The notes below the pieces were generated by a model. It worked only from the letters and a program-made list of their open reading frames with translations. It did not search any database and had not been told where the DNA came from. A stretch of 62,457 bases of DNA from Patescibacteria group bacterium (GTDB lineage: Bacteria; Patescibacteriota; Patescibacteriia; Magasanikbacterales; GWA2-37-8): assembly GCA_041651015.1 (NCBI GenBank), contig JBAZKA010000006.1, positions 1-62,457 on the forward strand, read 5' to 3'. This document shows, one piece after another, positions 7,526-16,094 of this stretch. Position 1 is the stretch's first letter. Each line of letters opens with the position of its first letter. Both the position numbers and the translations under genes were made by a program.

Positions 7526-8977
7526 TTATTTTTTTGGCATGAAATTAAATTCCGGATTAAACATAGTGGAAGCCCACGATGAAGATCCGGCCTCCATGTT
7601 TACTCTAATATATTTTGCCAACAGCGGCTGAATTTCATTTAATTTCTGCCAACAGGCTTGAGCCACACGGCGATAAGAGATGTGTCCTTTCAGTCCGCTT
7701 CGCAACGAAATGAAATGATGCAATTCGCGCAAATTCCAAGTGAATAAAGTGCGTTTGCGAAATCCGAGTGGCACGACATATTGCGCTTCATCCGGAAATG
7801 TCGCAGAAATTTTTTGATAAAGCCGCGCGGCTTTATCCATAGCGTCGCGATATTTTTGCTCCAGTCCGGCTTCAACTATTTCGTCCGGCGTTTCGTAGCC
7901 GTGGATTACCGTGACCGATTGGTTTGTTTGAGTACACATGCGATGTCGTTGCACATCGCGGAAAGCGCCGTAGTCCATCAAGATATCAAATGTGTAGTAG
8001 ACATGTTCCAACTCGCGAAGCGGCGCGTCATACGTTGCACGTCGGGACAACGATTCGTCAATTATTTTTTCTTTTTCCGCCGTGGTCATTGCTTCAACCT
8101 TCTTTAGAATTTGGGCAAAGGGTAATTGGGAAAAACGATATAATAAAGCGGCGACCAATTTATTTTCCGCGTTGTGATCATAATCCACAATTTGCACTGG
8201 GCTTGAGGGCTCGGGATTTTCCGGCAAAGCCGAATTAGCCAATTTTTGCAATTCAGGTAAAGTTTCTTTGGTAAATTGATTTTCGTCGGCAAATTTTATC
8301 AAGGTCGGAGTTATCTTCAATGCTTCGTTTTTTACGGCTCGGCCGATGTCATTGGCTTCTTCCAGTGGATGAGATAATAGTTTGGCAATGGCGTGTTCCC
8401 AATTGCGAGAGTTGGCCGTCATGCCAAGATTGGTCAAAGTGGCGGTGGGCAGGAGGTAGCGGTTGTTGTCGCAGATGCGGGCCTTGATGGTGGCGTTGTA
8501 GCCCTTCTCGGTTTCAGTTTCTTTGCGCGGATATTTTTTTGTGATAAATTCGCGCATGGGATCAAACATTGAAGTATATACATCATATATTTCATCCATG
8601 GTTTTTTCATATTCACCGGCCAATTCCGATTCCATTATTTTTTTTGGTTTGTAATACCTGTTTTTATCAAAAATTTGATAACGAGTGGATTTTTCCGTGT
8701 AGGATGATAGGCGATTGTCCTCAATAATTTTTGTTGCCAAGATGGATACATTTTCAATGGCCAAATGCAGATTGGCGTGTTCAGCCACGCTGCTATGCCC
8801 ATAACCCACCACCCATTTTTCATGAAAGTCCGCTGATTTTTCTTCGGTCAGTTCGGCGGCAATGTCGGCAAAAGATTCGGGCGAGCGGGAACATTTGGCA
8901 AACGCGACGGCGATTACTTCCGGTTTTAGATGGTCAAGGGAATACACCGATAATTTGTTGGAATTTTCTTCGGACAT
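7526..8977 (-). CDS. thyX: FAD-dependent thymidylate synthase ThyX, double-length form
   Basis: The second half has the ThyX motif (FRDVQRHRMCTQTNQS). The first half has a degenerate copy (GHSSVAEH...EDNRLSSYTEKSTRY). Confidence 0.75.
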   Translation of the reverse strand: MSEENSNKLSVYSLDHLKPEVIAVAFAKCSRSPESFADIAAELTEEKSADFHEKWVVGYGHSSVAEHANLHLAIENVSILATKIIEDNRLSSYTEKSTRYQIFDKNRYYKPKKIMESELAGEYEKTMDEIYDVYTSMFDPMREFITKKYPRKETETEKGYNATIKARICDNNRYLLPTATLTNLGMTANSRNWEHAIAKLLSHPLEEANDIGRAVKNEALKITPTLIKFADENQFTKETLPELQKLANSALPENPEPSSPVQIVDYDHNAENKLVAALLYRFSQLPFAQILKKVEAMTTAEKEKIIDESLSRRATYDAPLRELEHVYYTFDILMDYGAFRDVQRHRMCTQTNQSVTVIHGYETPDEIVEAGLEQKYRDAMDKAARLYQKISATFPDEAQYVVPLGFRKRTLFTWNLRELHHFISLRSGLKGHISYRRVAQACWQKLNEIQPLLAKYIRVNMEAGSSSWASTMFNPEFNFMPKK

Positions 8978-9003
8978 ATTTATTTATAATATTATTTATT
9001 ATT

Positions 9004-9435
9004 TTATTTTCCCGTACTGCCGAAGCCGCCGCGAGAGGGCGAGTTCATCTCATCTGTTTCATCCCATTCGCCGGTGTCAATGCGCACAAACACTCCTTGC
9101 GCGATACGCTCGCCCTTTTCTACTATGACTGTTTGCTCGGTAAAATTATACAAAAATATTTTTATTTCATCTTCGGGACCGCAAAAATCTTGGTCCACGA
9201 TGCCCACGGAATTTGGTATCATCAATCCCTTACGGCGCGGAGTAGAGGAGCGGGAAAACAAAGCCAGCATATAGCCGGGCGGGGTGGCGATAATCAGTCC
9301 GGTCGGCACCAAGGCAATTTCTTTCGGTTTTATTTCCATTGTTTCGCGCGAACAAAAATCAAATCCAACCGAGCCCGCGGTCTGGTATTGGGGCAAGGGT
9401 ACGCTTTTATCCAGTCGTTTAATTTTTATTTGCAT
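9004..9435 (-). CDS. dut: dUTP diphosphatase
   Basis: dUTPase motifs GSVGFDF, GIVDQDFCG and the C-terminal RGGFGSTGK. Confidence 0.9.
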   Translation of the reverse strand: MQIKIKRLDKSVPLPQYQTAGSVGFDFCSRETMEIKPKEIALVPTGLIIATPPGYMLALFSRSSTPRRKGLMIPNSVGIVDQDFCGPEDEIKIFLYNFTEQTVIVEKGERIAQGVFVRIDTGEWDETDEMNSPSRGGFGSTGK

Positions 9436-9563
9436 ACCCCGTAGAAGAATTTTGAATTAATTATTCGTTTTATTTGAAATCTCGTCCAAATGTTTGTGTG
9501 GTTGCCCGAGAGTAAGAGATGTTTATTTATTTTGCCCTTTGGGCAAAATATTTCAAAATTTCT

Positions 9564-10124
9564 CTACGGGGTATATTTCTCTACCAATTTATCAAGTTGT
9601 GCGTACAATTCATTGAGTGTGCCGTTGTTGTTGATGGTTTCGTCGGCTTCTTTGGCAATGTCAACGATTTGAACCTCCGCTTCTTTCAAATGGTCGGTCT
9701 TAAATTCCTCAAAAGTTTTTGCGGTGTCGTCTATGTTTTCTCCGCGTTTGGTAATGCGTTCATACCGCTTGTCCATGTCCGCGAAAATATGCACGAGAAT
9801 AAAGTTTGGAATTTCACGCAAGTTTTTTACGTCACCCGGTCGTCTGACCCCATCAATACAGATAATGTCATTGGCGTCGTGCGCCGCGTCCTCGGCCATG
9901 ACTTTTGAAAGCATATCATCGCCAAAATAATTTCTAATAGCCGTGGACATGGTTTGCAAATTATCACGGCTTTTGGCTAGATATAAACGGTCGCAAAGAT
10001 CACGCAGAGCCGTGGAAAAGCGATGGGTGCTGGCTTCATATTTTTTAATCAGATAATTGCAGGCCGTACCTTTGCCACTACTGATTTGCCCGGTGAAACC
10101 GATGATGATTTTATTGGTTGGCAT
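9564..10124 (-). CDS. P-loop nucleotide (dNMP/CoaE-like) kinase
   Basis: GFTGQISSGKGT Walker A and an IDGVRRPGDV motif. Overlaps the dCMP deaminase gene by 14 nt within the same operon. Confidence 0.5.
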   Translation of the reverse strand: MPTNKIIIGFTGQISSGKGTACNYLIKKYEASTHRFSTALRDLCDRLYLAKSRDNLQTMSTAIRNYFGDDMLSKVMAEDAAHDANDIICIDGVRRPGDVKNLREIPNFILVHIFADMDKRYERITKRGENIDDTAKTFEEFKTDHLKEAEVQIVDIAKEADETINNNGTLNELYAQLDKLVEKYTP

Positions 10125-10602
10125 AAGGTTCTATACTCTCATCAAAAAATTCCAATTTGACTCCGGCTTCCTTAAACATTTCTTCCGATTCTTGGCCGGC
10201 GTGATAACGTCGTTCGCATATTACTTTCACGACGCCTGCGTTGATAATAGATTTAGCGCAATTAAAGCAGGGGGTCATCTTGCAATAGAGTGTTGAGCCG
10301 TCAATGCCAATACCAAGTTTTGCCGCTTGGCAAATAGCGTTCTGTTCAGCGTGGGCAGTGCGTACACAGTGTTGGCGTGTGGTTCCATCAGAATGTACTG
10401 TCGCGTGCATTAAGTGTCCGATATCATCACAATGGGGTAGGCCTTTTGGCGAGCCGACATATCCGGTAACGAGAATTTGTCGATCACGCGCAATCACACA
10501 GCCGCTGCGTCCGCGATCACAAGTGGCCCGCTTTGCTATAGTGCGCGCTATTTCCATAAAATATTCGTCCCAAGACGGTCTCACGTATTTTTCTTCAGGC
10601 AT
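10111..10602 (-). CDS. deoxycytidylate (dCMP) deaminase
   Basis: Zinc-binding motifs HAEQNAI and PCFNCAKSIINAGV. Confidence 0.85.
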   Translation of the reverse strand: MPEEKYVRPSWDEYFMEIARTIAKRATCDRGRSGCVIARDRQILVTGYVGSPKGLPHCDDIGHLMHATVHSDGTTRQHCVRTAHAEQNAICQAAKLGIGIDGSTLYCKMTPCFNCAKSIINAGVVKVICERRYHAGQESEEMFKEAGVKLEFFDESIEPYANQ

Positions 10603-10817
10603 AATAAATTTGCTCTAAAAATTTAATAATTTTATATATCAAAACCGAGTTAATAATACCAATTATTTAGGTGGGTGGCAAGGAAGCTAAAGTGGACAAA
10701 ATAGGTGAAAGATTTGACCCCATCACCAATTCCAAACCAATGTTTATTGATCAGTTATTACCGACGATATACAAATCGTGTGCAGGCAGAAGCGATAAAA
10801 TTGGTGAGGGGCTTGGC

Positions 10818-10846
10818 TTGACAAATAATGCATTATTTGATATAAA
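10818..10846 (+). promoter_or_regulatory. sigma-70-type promoter for rplA (TTGACA-17-TATAAA)
   Basis: TTGACAAATAATGCATTATTTGATATAAA. It leaves a leader of about 50 nt containing GGUGGGACCUUGGGACACC. Confidence 0.5.
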
Positions 10847-10910
10847 TAACGCATTAAATCGGTGGGACCTTGGGACACCCCGGGGGCTAAAACCACTAAT
10901 ATATAGTAGT

Positions 10911-11591
10911 ATGTCCAAAAGAATGAAAGAACTTCGCGCCAAAGTGGACGCGAACCGTGTTTACGCGATTGACGACGCCATCGCGCTCGTCAAAGAAACA
11001 TCGGGCGTTAAATTTGACGCTTCGGTGGAAGTGCACGCCAACTTAGGGATTGACCCGAAAAAGGGCGAACAACAAATCCGCGCCACGATTGTCATGCCGT
11101 TTGGCACAGGCAAAAAGGTGAAAGTCGCGGCCTTTGTCTCGCCGGAAAAAGAAAAAGAAGCCAAAGACGCCGGCGCCGATGTTGTTTACGGCGAGGAAGA
11201 TATCAAAAAAATTAAAGACACGGGTAAAATTGATTTTGATGTGGCTGTCACTACTCCGGATATGATGCCGAAAATGGCCGCGGTGGCCAAAGTGCTCGGC
11301 CCGAAGGGTCTCATGCCGAATCCGAAAACCGAAACCGTGGGTCCGAATGTTAAAAAAATGATTGAAGAATTGAAAAAAGGAAAAATCACTTTCAAGAATG
11401 ACGACACCTCCAATGTCCACATCCTCATCGGCAAAGCGAGTTTTCCGGCGGAAAATTTGAAAGCGAATTACTTGGCCGTGGTGGAAGCGTTGAGCAAAGC
11501 CAAGCCGGCCACCCAAAAAGGAACTTACATCAAAAATTTGGTGATAAATACTTCCATGGGCCCGTCCATCAAGATTGCGGAAAAAATATAA
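10911..11591 (+). CDS. rplA: 50S ribosomal protein L1
   Basis: MSKRMKELRAKVD...KFDASVEVHANLGIDPKKGEQQIRATIVMPFGTGK. The start is set at ATG 10911 because the track's GTG at 10671 lies upstream of the promoter. Confidence 0.9.
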   Translation: MSKRMKELRAKVDANRVYAIDDAIALVKETSGVKFDASVEVHANLGIDPKKGEQQIRATIVMPFGTGKKVKVAAFVSPEKEKEAKDAGADVVYGEEDIKKIKDTGKIDFDVAVTTPDMMPKMAAVAKVLGPKGLMPNPKTETVGPNVKKMIEELKKGKITFKNDDTSNVHILIGKASFPAENLKANYLAVVEALSKAKPATQKGTYIKNLVINTSMGPSIKIAEKI

Positions 11592-11604
11592 TATTAAAAT
11601 AAAA

Positions 11605-11636
11605 AAATCGCCTCAAATTCCGGGCGATTTTTTTAT
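11605..11636 (+). terminator. rho-independent terminator
   Basis: AATCGCC-loop-GGCGATT followed by T7. Confidence 0.7.
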
Positions 11637-11657
11637 TAGATTTTTTGGCTAAGGGTA

Positions 11658-11686
11658 TTGACAAAATGGCCAAAATGTGCTATTAT
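11658..11686 (+). promoter_or_regulatory. sigma-70-type promoter (TTGACA-17-TATTAT, TGTGC extended -10)
   Basis: TTGACAAAATGGCCAAAATGTGCTATTAT. Confidence 0.6.
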
Positions 11687-11804
11687 ATAGCGTTAAATCG
11701 CTTATTTTAGGCGTTTTGGCATGTACCTTTTATTAATACTAGGCAAAAACGCGGTCTGTTGCAAGACCGTTTTTCCGGGCGATGAGCCCGACGGGAGACG
11801 AACA

Positions 11805-13352
11805 ATGAAAAACGTGATGTTGACGGTTTGCTCGATGATGTTTGTGGCCGGTGCTTGTGATCATGTGAGACCGGAGGTCAATGTCTGGTGCGGCGATTCC
11901 GACTCTGATGCCGACACTGACGCAGACTCGGATTCGGATTCCGATTCCGATTCGGACACGGACACAGACACAGACGCCGACACGGATTCTGATTCAGATG
12001 CTGACACTGACAGCGATTCCGATTCGGATAGCGATACGGACACTGACGCAGACTCGGATTCGGATTCCGATTCGGACACCGACACGGACTCGGATTCCGA
12101 TGCCGGAACGGACAGTGATGATACGGATACCAGTTCGGACATCGGGGCCGACGCAGGTGCAGAAACCGACAGTGGTTCCAACACCGATGCAGGCCCTGAC
12201 ACTGATACGAGTACAGTTGAATATATAGGCTGGAAATGTGAAGGGGGAAGTGGGGAACGAACTCGGAACGCTCAAGTAGATTTGCCTTTGGTCATTCAAC
12301 AAAAATGGGTGGTTGAAGTTGGCGGTGGAGTGTGGAACGCACCGGTGGTGGATGGCGATGGAAACCTATATGTATCGGCCGATACGAAATCGACGTCCGA
12401 CATTGGGAAATTGGTTTCCTTCAATTCTGTCGGGGAAAAGCGCTGGGAGTATGACGTGTCCGGGTATATGGGGTACGTGATAAACCCGGTTATCAACAAT
12501 GCCGGACAAGTCTTCGTGGCTGGAATGGGTAGTTACAAGGTTCATGGCGTCAACAGTGAAGATGGTTCTCAAATATGGGAAGCGATTCTTCCTGGTTCGG
12601 AGACATCAAGATTAAGTGTATCCGACAGCAATGTGCTATTTGAATCCTCGGGCGGAGTTGAGTCCTATGATTTTGAGGGGAATTTGGCGTGGAGGGATGG
12701 AATGCTTCCCTCGCTCTATGGCTACTTTTCAAATTTGTCGGATGGTCAAGTGTTTGAACAATACCAAAGTTGGAACGGGCAATATTCCCAGTTGTCCAAT
12801 ACCCTTTTTGACGCCACCGGTGTAAAAAAATATTTGGTTAAGGCGCCGGGGAGAAATTATCGTTATTCAACGATAAGTAATGGAAGAGTTATTACTCCGC
12901 GTTATGCGGTTGGCGATAGCTTTACCATTACGGCGTATGACCTTGAGACCGGAGAGGTGATTTGGACTTCGGCAAGTTTCACTGCCACCGACGAATCAAC
13001 GCGACCTGATGGCGTGGCTGTCGTAAACGGAACGGTTTATTATGCCACAAATAATATGGTTGTGATGATTTCGGAGACGACCGGGGAAAACATCGGGGAA
13101 TACATCATCGGCGAGGCTGATGGTTTGGCCAGCGTTTGCCCGGTGGTTGATCGGTTGGGCAACCTTGTTGTCGCGAGGGGTAATAGTTTGTATTACCGAA
13201 TGGCCGTTGATGGGGTTGTAACCACATTTCCTATTGGTGAAAACGCTACTACGGGAAATGCGACTAAGCCGTCCGGCATTGCCATCGGACCGGATGGGAC
13301 CATTTACATTGGTTCCAAAGACGGCAAGCTCTTTGCTTTCGGCGCAGAGTGA
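11805..13352 (+). CDS. lipoprotein with an 80-residue Asp-Ser/Asp-Thr dipeptide repeat and a PQQ/BamB-like beta-propeller region
   Basis: Lipobox MMFVAGAC, then a (D-S/T/A)n tract. The C-terminal part has repeated G..Y..s..g.l.a motifs ([37 protein letters not shown]). Start set at MKNVML. Confidence 0.75.
   Translation: MKNVMLTVCSMMFVAGACDHVRPEVNVWCGDSDSDADTDADSDSDSDSDSDTDTDTDADTDSDSDADTDSDSDSDSDTDTDADSDSDSDSDTDTDSDSDAGTDSDDTDTSSDIGADAGAETDSGSNTDAGPDTDTSTVEYIGWKCEGGSGERTRNAQVDLPLVIQQKWVVEVGGGVWNAPVVDGDGNLYVSADTKSTSDIGKLVSFNSVGEKRWEYDVSGYMGYVINPVINNAGQVFVAGMGSYKVHGVNSEDGSQIWEAILPGSETSRLSVSDSNVLFESSGGVESYDFEGNLAWRDGMLPSLYGYFSNLSDGQVFEQYQSWNGQYSQLSNTLFDATGVKKYLVKAPGRNYRYSTISNGRVITPRYAVGDSFTITAYDLETGEVIWTSASFTATDESTRPDGVAVVNGTVYYATNNMVVMISETTGENIGEYIIGEADGLASVCPVVDRLGNLVVARGNSLYYRMAVDGVVTTFPIGENATTGNATKPSGIAIGPDGTIYIGSKDGKLFAFGAE
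11895..12134 (+). repeat. coding hexanucleotide (GAY-WCN) tandem repeat
   Basis: GATTCCGACTCTGATGCCGACACTGAC... encoding [10 protein letters not shown]... continuously for 80 codons. Confidence 0.9.
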
Positions 13353-13378
13353 GTAGTTCTTCCGCCTAGTAACAACAC

Positions 13379-13402
13379 GGCCTCGGACAGATTGTCCGAG
13401 GC
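13379..13402. terminator. bidirectional hairpin terminator between convergent genes
   Basis: GGCCTCGGACA-GAT-TGTCCGAGGCC perfect stem. Confidence 0.65.
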
Positions 13403-13412
13403 CGCTTTTATT

Positions 13413-13766
13413 TTACATCACTTTTTTAAATTTCACCGAGAAGATGGGTTCGTATTTGTTGTCATACTCGTCGGTCAGCTCCACGGTTTCACCTTTCATC
13501 AGTTTGGTCATGGCCGCGTCCGAGAGAAGCATATTGTCTGATTTCAAGTCCAAGGCGTATTCTTCCATTTTTTCCATTTCGCCGGAGAAGTCGGCGCGGA
13601 TGGCTGCTTCAGTTTGTTGCTTCTTCACGCGCAGAGCTTTTATTTTTTCTAAAATTTCCTGATACTCGGCCGAAGTTGACATCGCGTCTCTCAATGCTTC
13701 GCGGATGTCTTTTTGTTTTTTCTTTGTCTCCTGCATGCGATTGTAAACCTCTTGGATATCCACCAT
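13413..13766 (-). CDS. hypothetical coiled-coil protein
   Basis: Charged heptad-like sequence. Clean ORF between two terminators. Confidence 0.55.
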   Translation of the reverse strand: MVDIQEVYNRMQETKKKQKDIREALRDAMSTSAEYQEILEKIKALRVKKQQTEAAIRADFSGEMEKMEEYALDLKSDNMLLSDAAMTKLMKGETVELTDEYDNKYEPIFSVKFKKVM

Positions 13767-13859
13767 AATGATAAAATATTTTTTAAGTGGCGCTATTGTA
13801 GCACAAAAAAATAAATAAAAAAAGGGGGTTGTTATACCCCTTTTTCTTTGATGTTGCGG

Positions 13860-14507
13860 TTAGATTTTCACGCTTTCCACAATTTTCTCCGCCACCGCGT
13901 CCAAGTCAAATGTTTCGCGTTCTTCCACGCAAGCGGATTGTTCGGGTTCATCATAATTAAGACATTGGACGGCTTGAACAGTGAAACTCGCGGAAACTAA
14001 TTTGCCGTTTTTAATGGTGGTATAAATGTATTTTGTGTACGTAGAACCGGCCGCACCTTCGCTCTCGGCCGAGATGCAATAGGTGCTTTGGTTAATATTT
14101 TTTTGCGCCACGCGATTGGGTAAACTGCTTTCGGCCGGCGTTTCCGCGCAGGAAAATTGTTTATCAGACACGGAAATTTTTGGCGGCCATGATTCCGTAT
14201 CAAAATACGGCGGATGCATATAAGTGGTGGAGAATTTTTCAGGATATTGAAATTTGATGCCTTGCGCGGTGGTTGACGTTATCCAATTTTCGCCATCGTT
14301 TGATGACGGACAAGCGGAGAAATCGCAATTTGGTCCGACGCGCCAAACCGTGGTGCCATCATCGCAAATTTTTGCTTCTTCAGTGCAAGCAACGGGAATA
14401 TTTTTCGGTTTTGGTTTTTGACAAGTAAAATAAAATGCTCCGACAAATAAAATTAGGACTAAAATAATCAAAGTGGCCACTTTTCTGGGAGTCATATTAA
14501 TTATCAA
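13860..14507 (-). CDS. membrane-anchored or secreted hypothetical protein with an N-terminal Cys module
   Basis: N-terminal TM helix, then CTEEAKICDDGTTVWRVGPNCDFSACP. Confidence 0.6.
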   Translation of the reverse strand: MIINMTPRKVATLIILVLILFVGAFYFTCQKPKPKNIPVACTEEAKICDDGTTVWRVGPNCDFSACPSSNDGENWITSTTAQGIKFQYPEKFSTTYMHPPYFDTESWPPKISVSDKQFSCAETPAESSLPNRVAQKNINQSTYCISAESEGAAGSTYTKYIYTTIKNGKLVSASFTVQAVQCLNYDEPEQSACVEERETFDLDAVAEKIVESVKI

Positions 14508-14510
14508 AAT

Positions 14511-14672
14511 TTAATTAAAAAGTTTAAAGGATAACCAGATGCCGAGCACGCCGCCCAATACTGTGCCAAGTATTGAATAGAGAGAAAATATGCCGGCGCC
14601 GAAAATTGTGGGCAAGTATCCGCCGATAGTTGAGCCGACGACCATGCCGAGCATTATTACTCTTTTGTCCAT
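14511..14672 (-). CDS. small (53 aa) two-helix membrane protein
   Basis: MDKRVIMLGMVVGSTIGGYL...GIWLSFKLFN. Start moved to the internal Met because the upstream part overlaps a terminator. Confidence 0.45.
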   Translation of the reverse strand: MDKRVIMLGMVVGSTIGGYLPTIFGAGIFSLYSILGTVLGGVLGIWLSFKLFN

Positions 14673-14710
14673 ATATTTATATCTACACTTTACCACGAAA
14701 TATGAAAATA

Positions 14711-14739
14711 AAAAAGCCGCGCGCCCAAAGGGCCGCGGC
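14711..14739 (-). terminator. rho-independent terminator
   Basis: On the minus strand: GCCGCGGCCC-TTT-GGGCGCGCGGC followed by T6. Confidence 0.6.
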
Positions 14740-14763
14740 AGTGCGTGTGATGTGAAGAAGGAA

Positions 14764-15285
14764 CTAGACGTTATCAATCTCGGCAAGCTGGGAATGAAGC
14801 TCGTCCTCTGCTTGCTTCAGGAGAGTGGCGAACCAGTCGGGGTTGTTTGGTACTTTGTGAATGGTGATCAGCGGGTCGCCGTTTCTATACGCGGAATGAT
14901 CATGTCGGATTTCAAGTATGTATTTTATACATTGAGGGTCATCAAATTTTTTTACACCTTCAAGCACTGTCTCACCGCGGATGCAGTAAGCGAGGGCGAA
15001 CCACGTGCTAGGCTTGAAAAATGTTCTTTTTGGCCTCACGATACGGGCCCGTTTGACTTCCGCCAACTGCGCTCCGTTGCTATCTATCAGGATATATCGT
15101 ACGCTCTCAAGAGATTCATAGATGCATTCATCGTAGTCCCAAAGTAGGTGTTGCGCGGATTGACTTAATAAGCCAGAGTCAACCCGCTGAACTTTTGGTT
15201 CTTCCTCGATGGTGTCAATATCGACGTAACGCTTGAGAAAAGGGAATTCTTTGTAAAGGAGCATGGTCTTAACTGAATTTTTCAT
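14764..15285 (-). CDS. hypothetical protein (GC-richer ORFan)
   Basis: AAGGAGGA lies 5 nt upstream of the ATG at 15285. No recognisable domain. Confidence 0.6.
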   Translation of the reverse strand: MKNSVKTMLLYKEFPFLKRYVDIDTIEEEPKVQRVDSGLLSQSAQHLLWDYDECIYESLESVRYILIDSNGAQLAEVKRARIVRPKRTFFKPSTWFALAYCIRGETVLEGVKKFDDPQCIKYILEIRHDHSAYRNGDPLITIHKVPNNPDWFATLLKQAEDELHSQLAEIDNV

Positions 15286-15296
15286 GGCTTCCTCCT

Positions 15297-15338
15297 TGTG
15301 GCATCCCGCCACAAAATGTATTACAGCATCCCGCTGTA
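15297..15338 (-). promoter_or_regulatory. 5' UTR with two 6-bp hairpins, each presenting a GGGAU pentaloop and abutting the SD
   Basis: mRNA sense: ACAGC-GGGAU-GCUGU ... UGUGGC-GGGAU-GCCACA-AGGAGGA-N5-AUG. Confidence 0.4.
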
Positions 15339-15377
15339 TTACAAAACAAAAGTAGCACTATCGTGCTACTTTGTCAA

Positions 15378-15407
15378 CCCGGCAGAATGCCTTTGGCCTC
15401 TGCCGGG
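15378..15407. repeat. palindromic intergenic element, copy 1 (CCCGGCAGAAT...CTCTGCCGGGCA)
   Basis: CCCGGCAG-N14-CTGCCGGG. A near-identical unit lies at 17137-17166. Confidence 0.55.
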
Positions 15408-15417
15408 CAAGTTTTTT

Positions 15418-16092
15418 CTAATTACTCCGGCTATACATTCCGGTCAGTTGCGCTTCGGCAATGATGTGGCCCTGCATAACCGCGAGCAAATCGGATTTCT
15501 TGGCGCCAATCGGTAAATTTAATTTTGCATTCAAAGCGTAGAGTTTGAATTGGTAATGATGCGTGCCTGAGTGCGGACAAGGTCCGCCGTAAACACTGGC
15601 GTCAAAATCTGTCACGCCTTGGTCAGCGCCGGACGGCACTGAATCCTCGGCAATAATTTTTGTATCCGCCGGCATGTTCCATACCAGCCAATGCACCCAA
15701 TCGCCCGATGGCGCGTCCGGATCGTCCACAATAAGGGCGAGCGTGAGTGTGCCTTCGGGAATATCGGCAAAACGCAACGGCGGATTTACATCTGTGCCAT
15801 CGCAAGTGTATTTGCCCGGAATGTATTCGTTGTTCTTGAAAGCGTCAGAGGCAATAATCATAGAGGAGGTGGTTATTTGAGTGATGATGGCCGGCGCTCG
15901 GGGTGGCGCTTGAATTTTTTTATTGACAAAATATATCAGCACAGTGCCAACAATAATTAATAAAATGGCCACGCCGATGACAATCAGCTGTTTATATAAT
16001 TTTTCGCCGAAACTTGGTTCGGGTAAGAGAGGGACGTTCGGCGGAGCGATTGGAGGCGTGACCGGAATATTTTGGGGGAGATTATTTTCCAT
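15418..16092 (-). CDS. PEBP/YbhB-family protein with an N-terminal membrane anchor
   Basis: DAPSGDWVHWLVWN and GPCPHSGTHHYQFKLYAL motifs. TM helix near the N-terminus. Confidence 0.8.
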   Translation of the reverse strand: MENNLPQNIPVTPPIAPPNVPLLPEPSFGEKLYKQLIVIGVAILLIIVGTVLIYFVNKKIQAPPRAPAIITQITTSSMIIASDAFKNNEYIPGKYTCDGTDVNPPLRFADIPEGTLTLALIVDDPDAPSGDWVHWLVWNMPADTKIIAEDSVPSGADQGVTDFDASVYGGPCPHSGTHHYQFKLYALNAKLNLPIGAKKSDLLAVMQGHIIAEAQLTGMYSRSN

Positions 16093-16094
16093 AA

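Noticed and set aside
8731-9444. 237-aa plus-strand ORF across the thyX-dut junction
   Set aside because: It is antisense to two well-supported genes and spans their intergenic gap. It has no motif.
10671-10910. GTG-initiated N-terminal extension of rplA in the ORF track
   Set aside because: The L1 homology begins at MSKRMKEL (ATG 10911). A consensus promoter (10818-10846) lies inside the proposed extension.
11861-12302. ORFs 11861-12202 (-), 11881-12228 (+) and 11994-12302 (-)
   Set aside because: These are alternative-frame or antisense readings of the GAY-WCN repeat inside the lipoprotein gene. They are low-complexity artefacts.
14590-15147. 185-aa plus-strand ORF
   Set aside because: It overlaps two minus-strand genes and the terminator between them. 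It has no SD.
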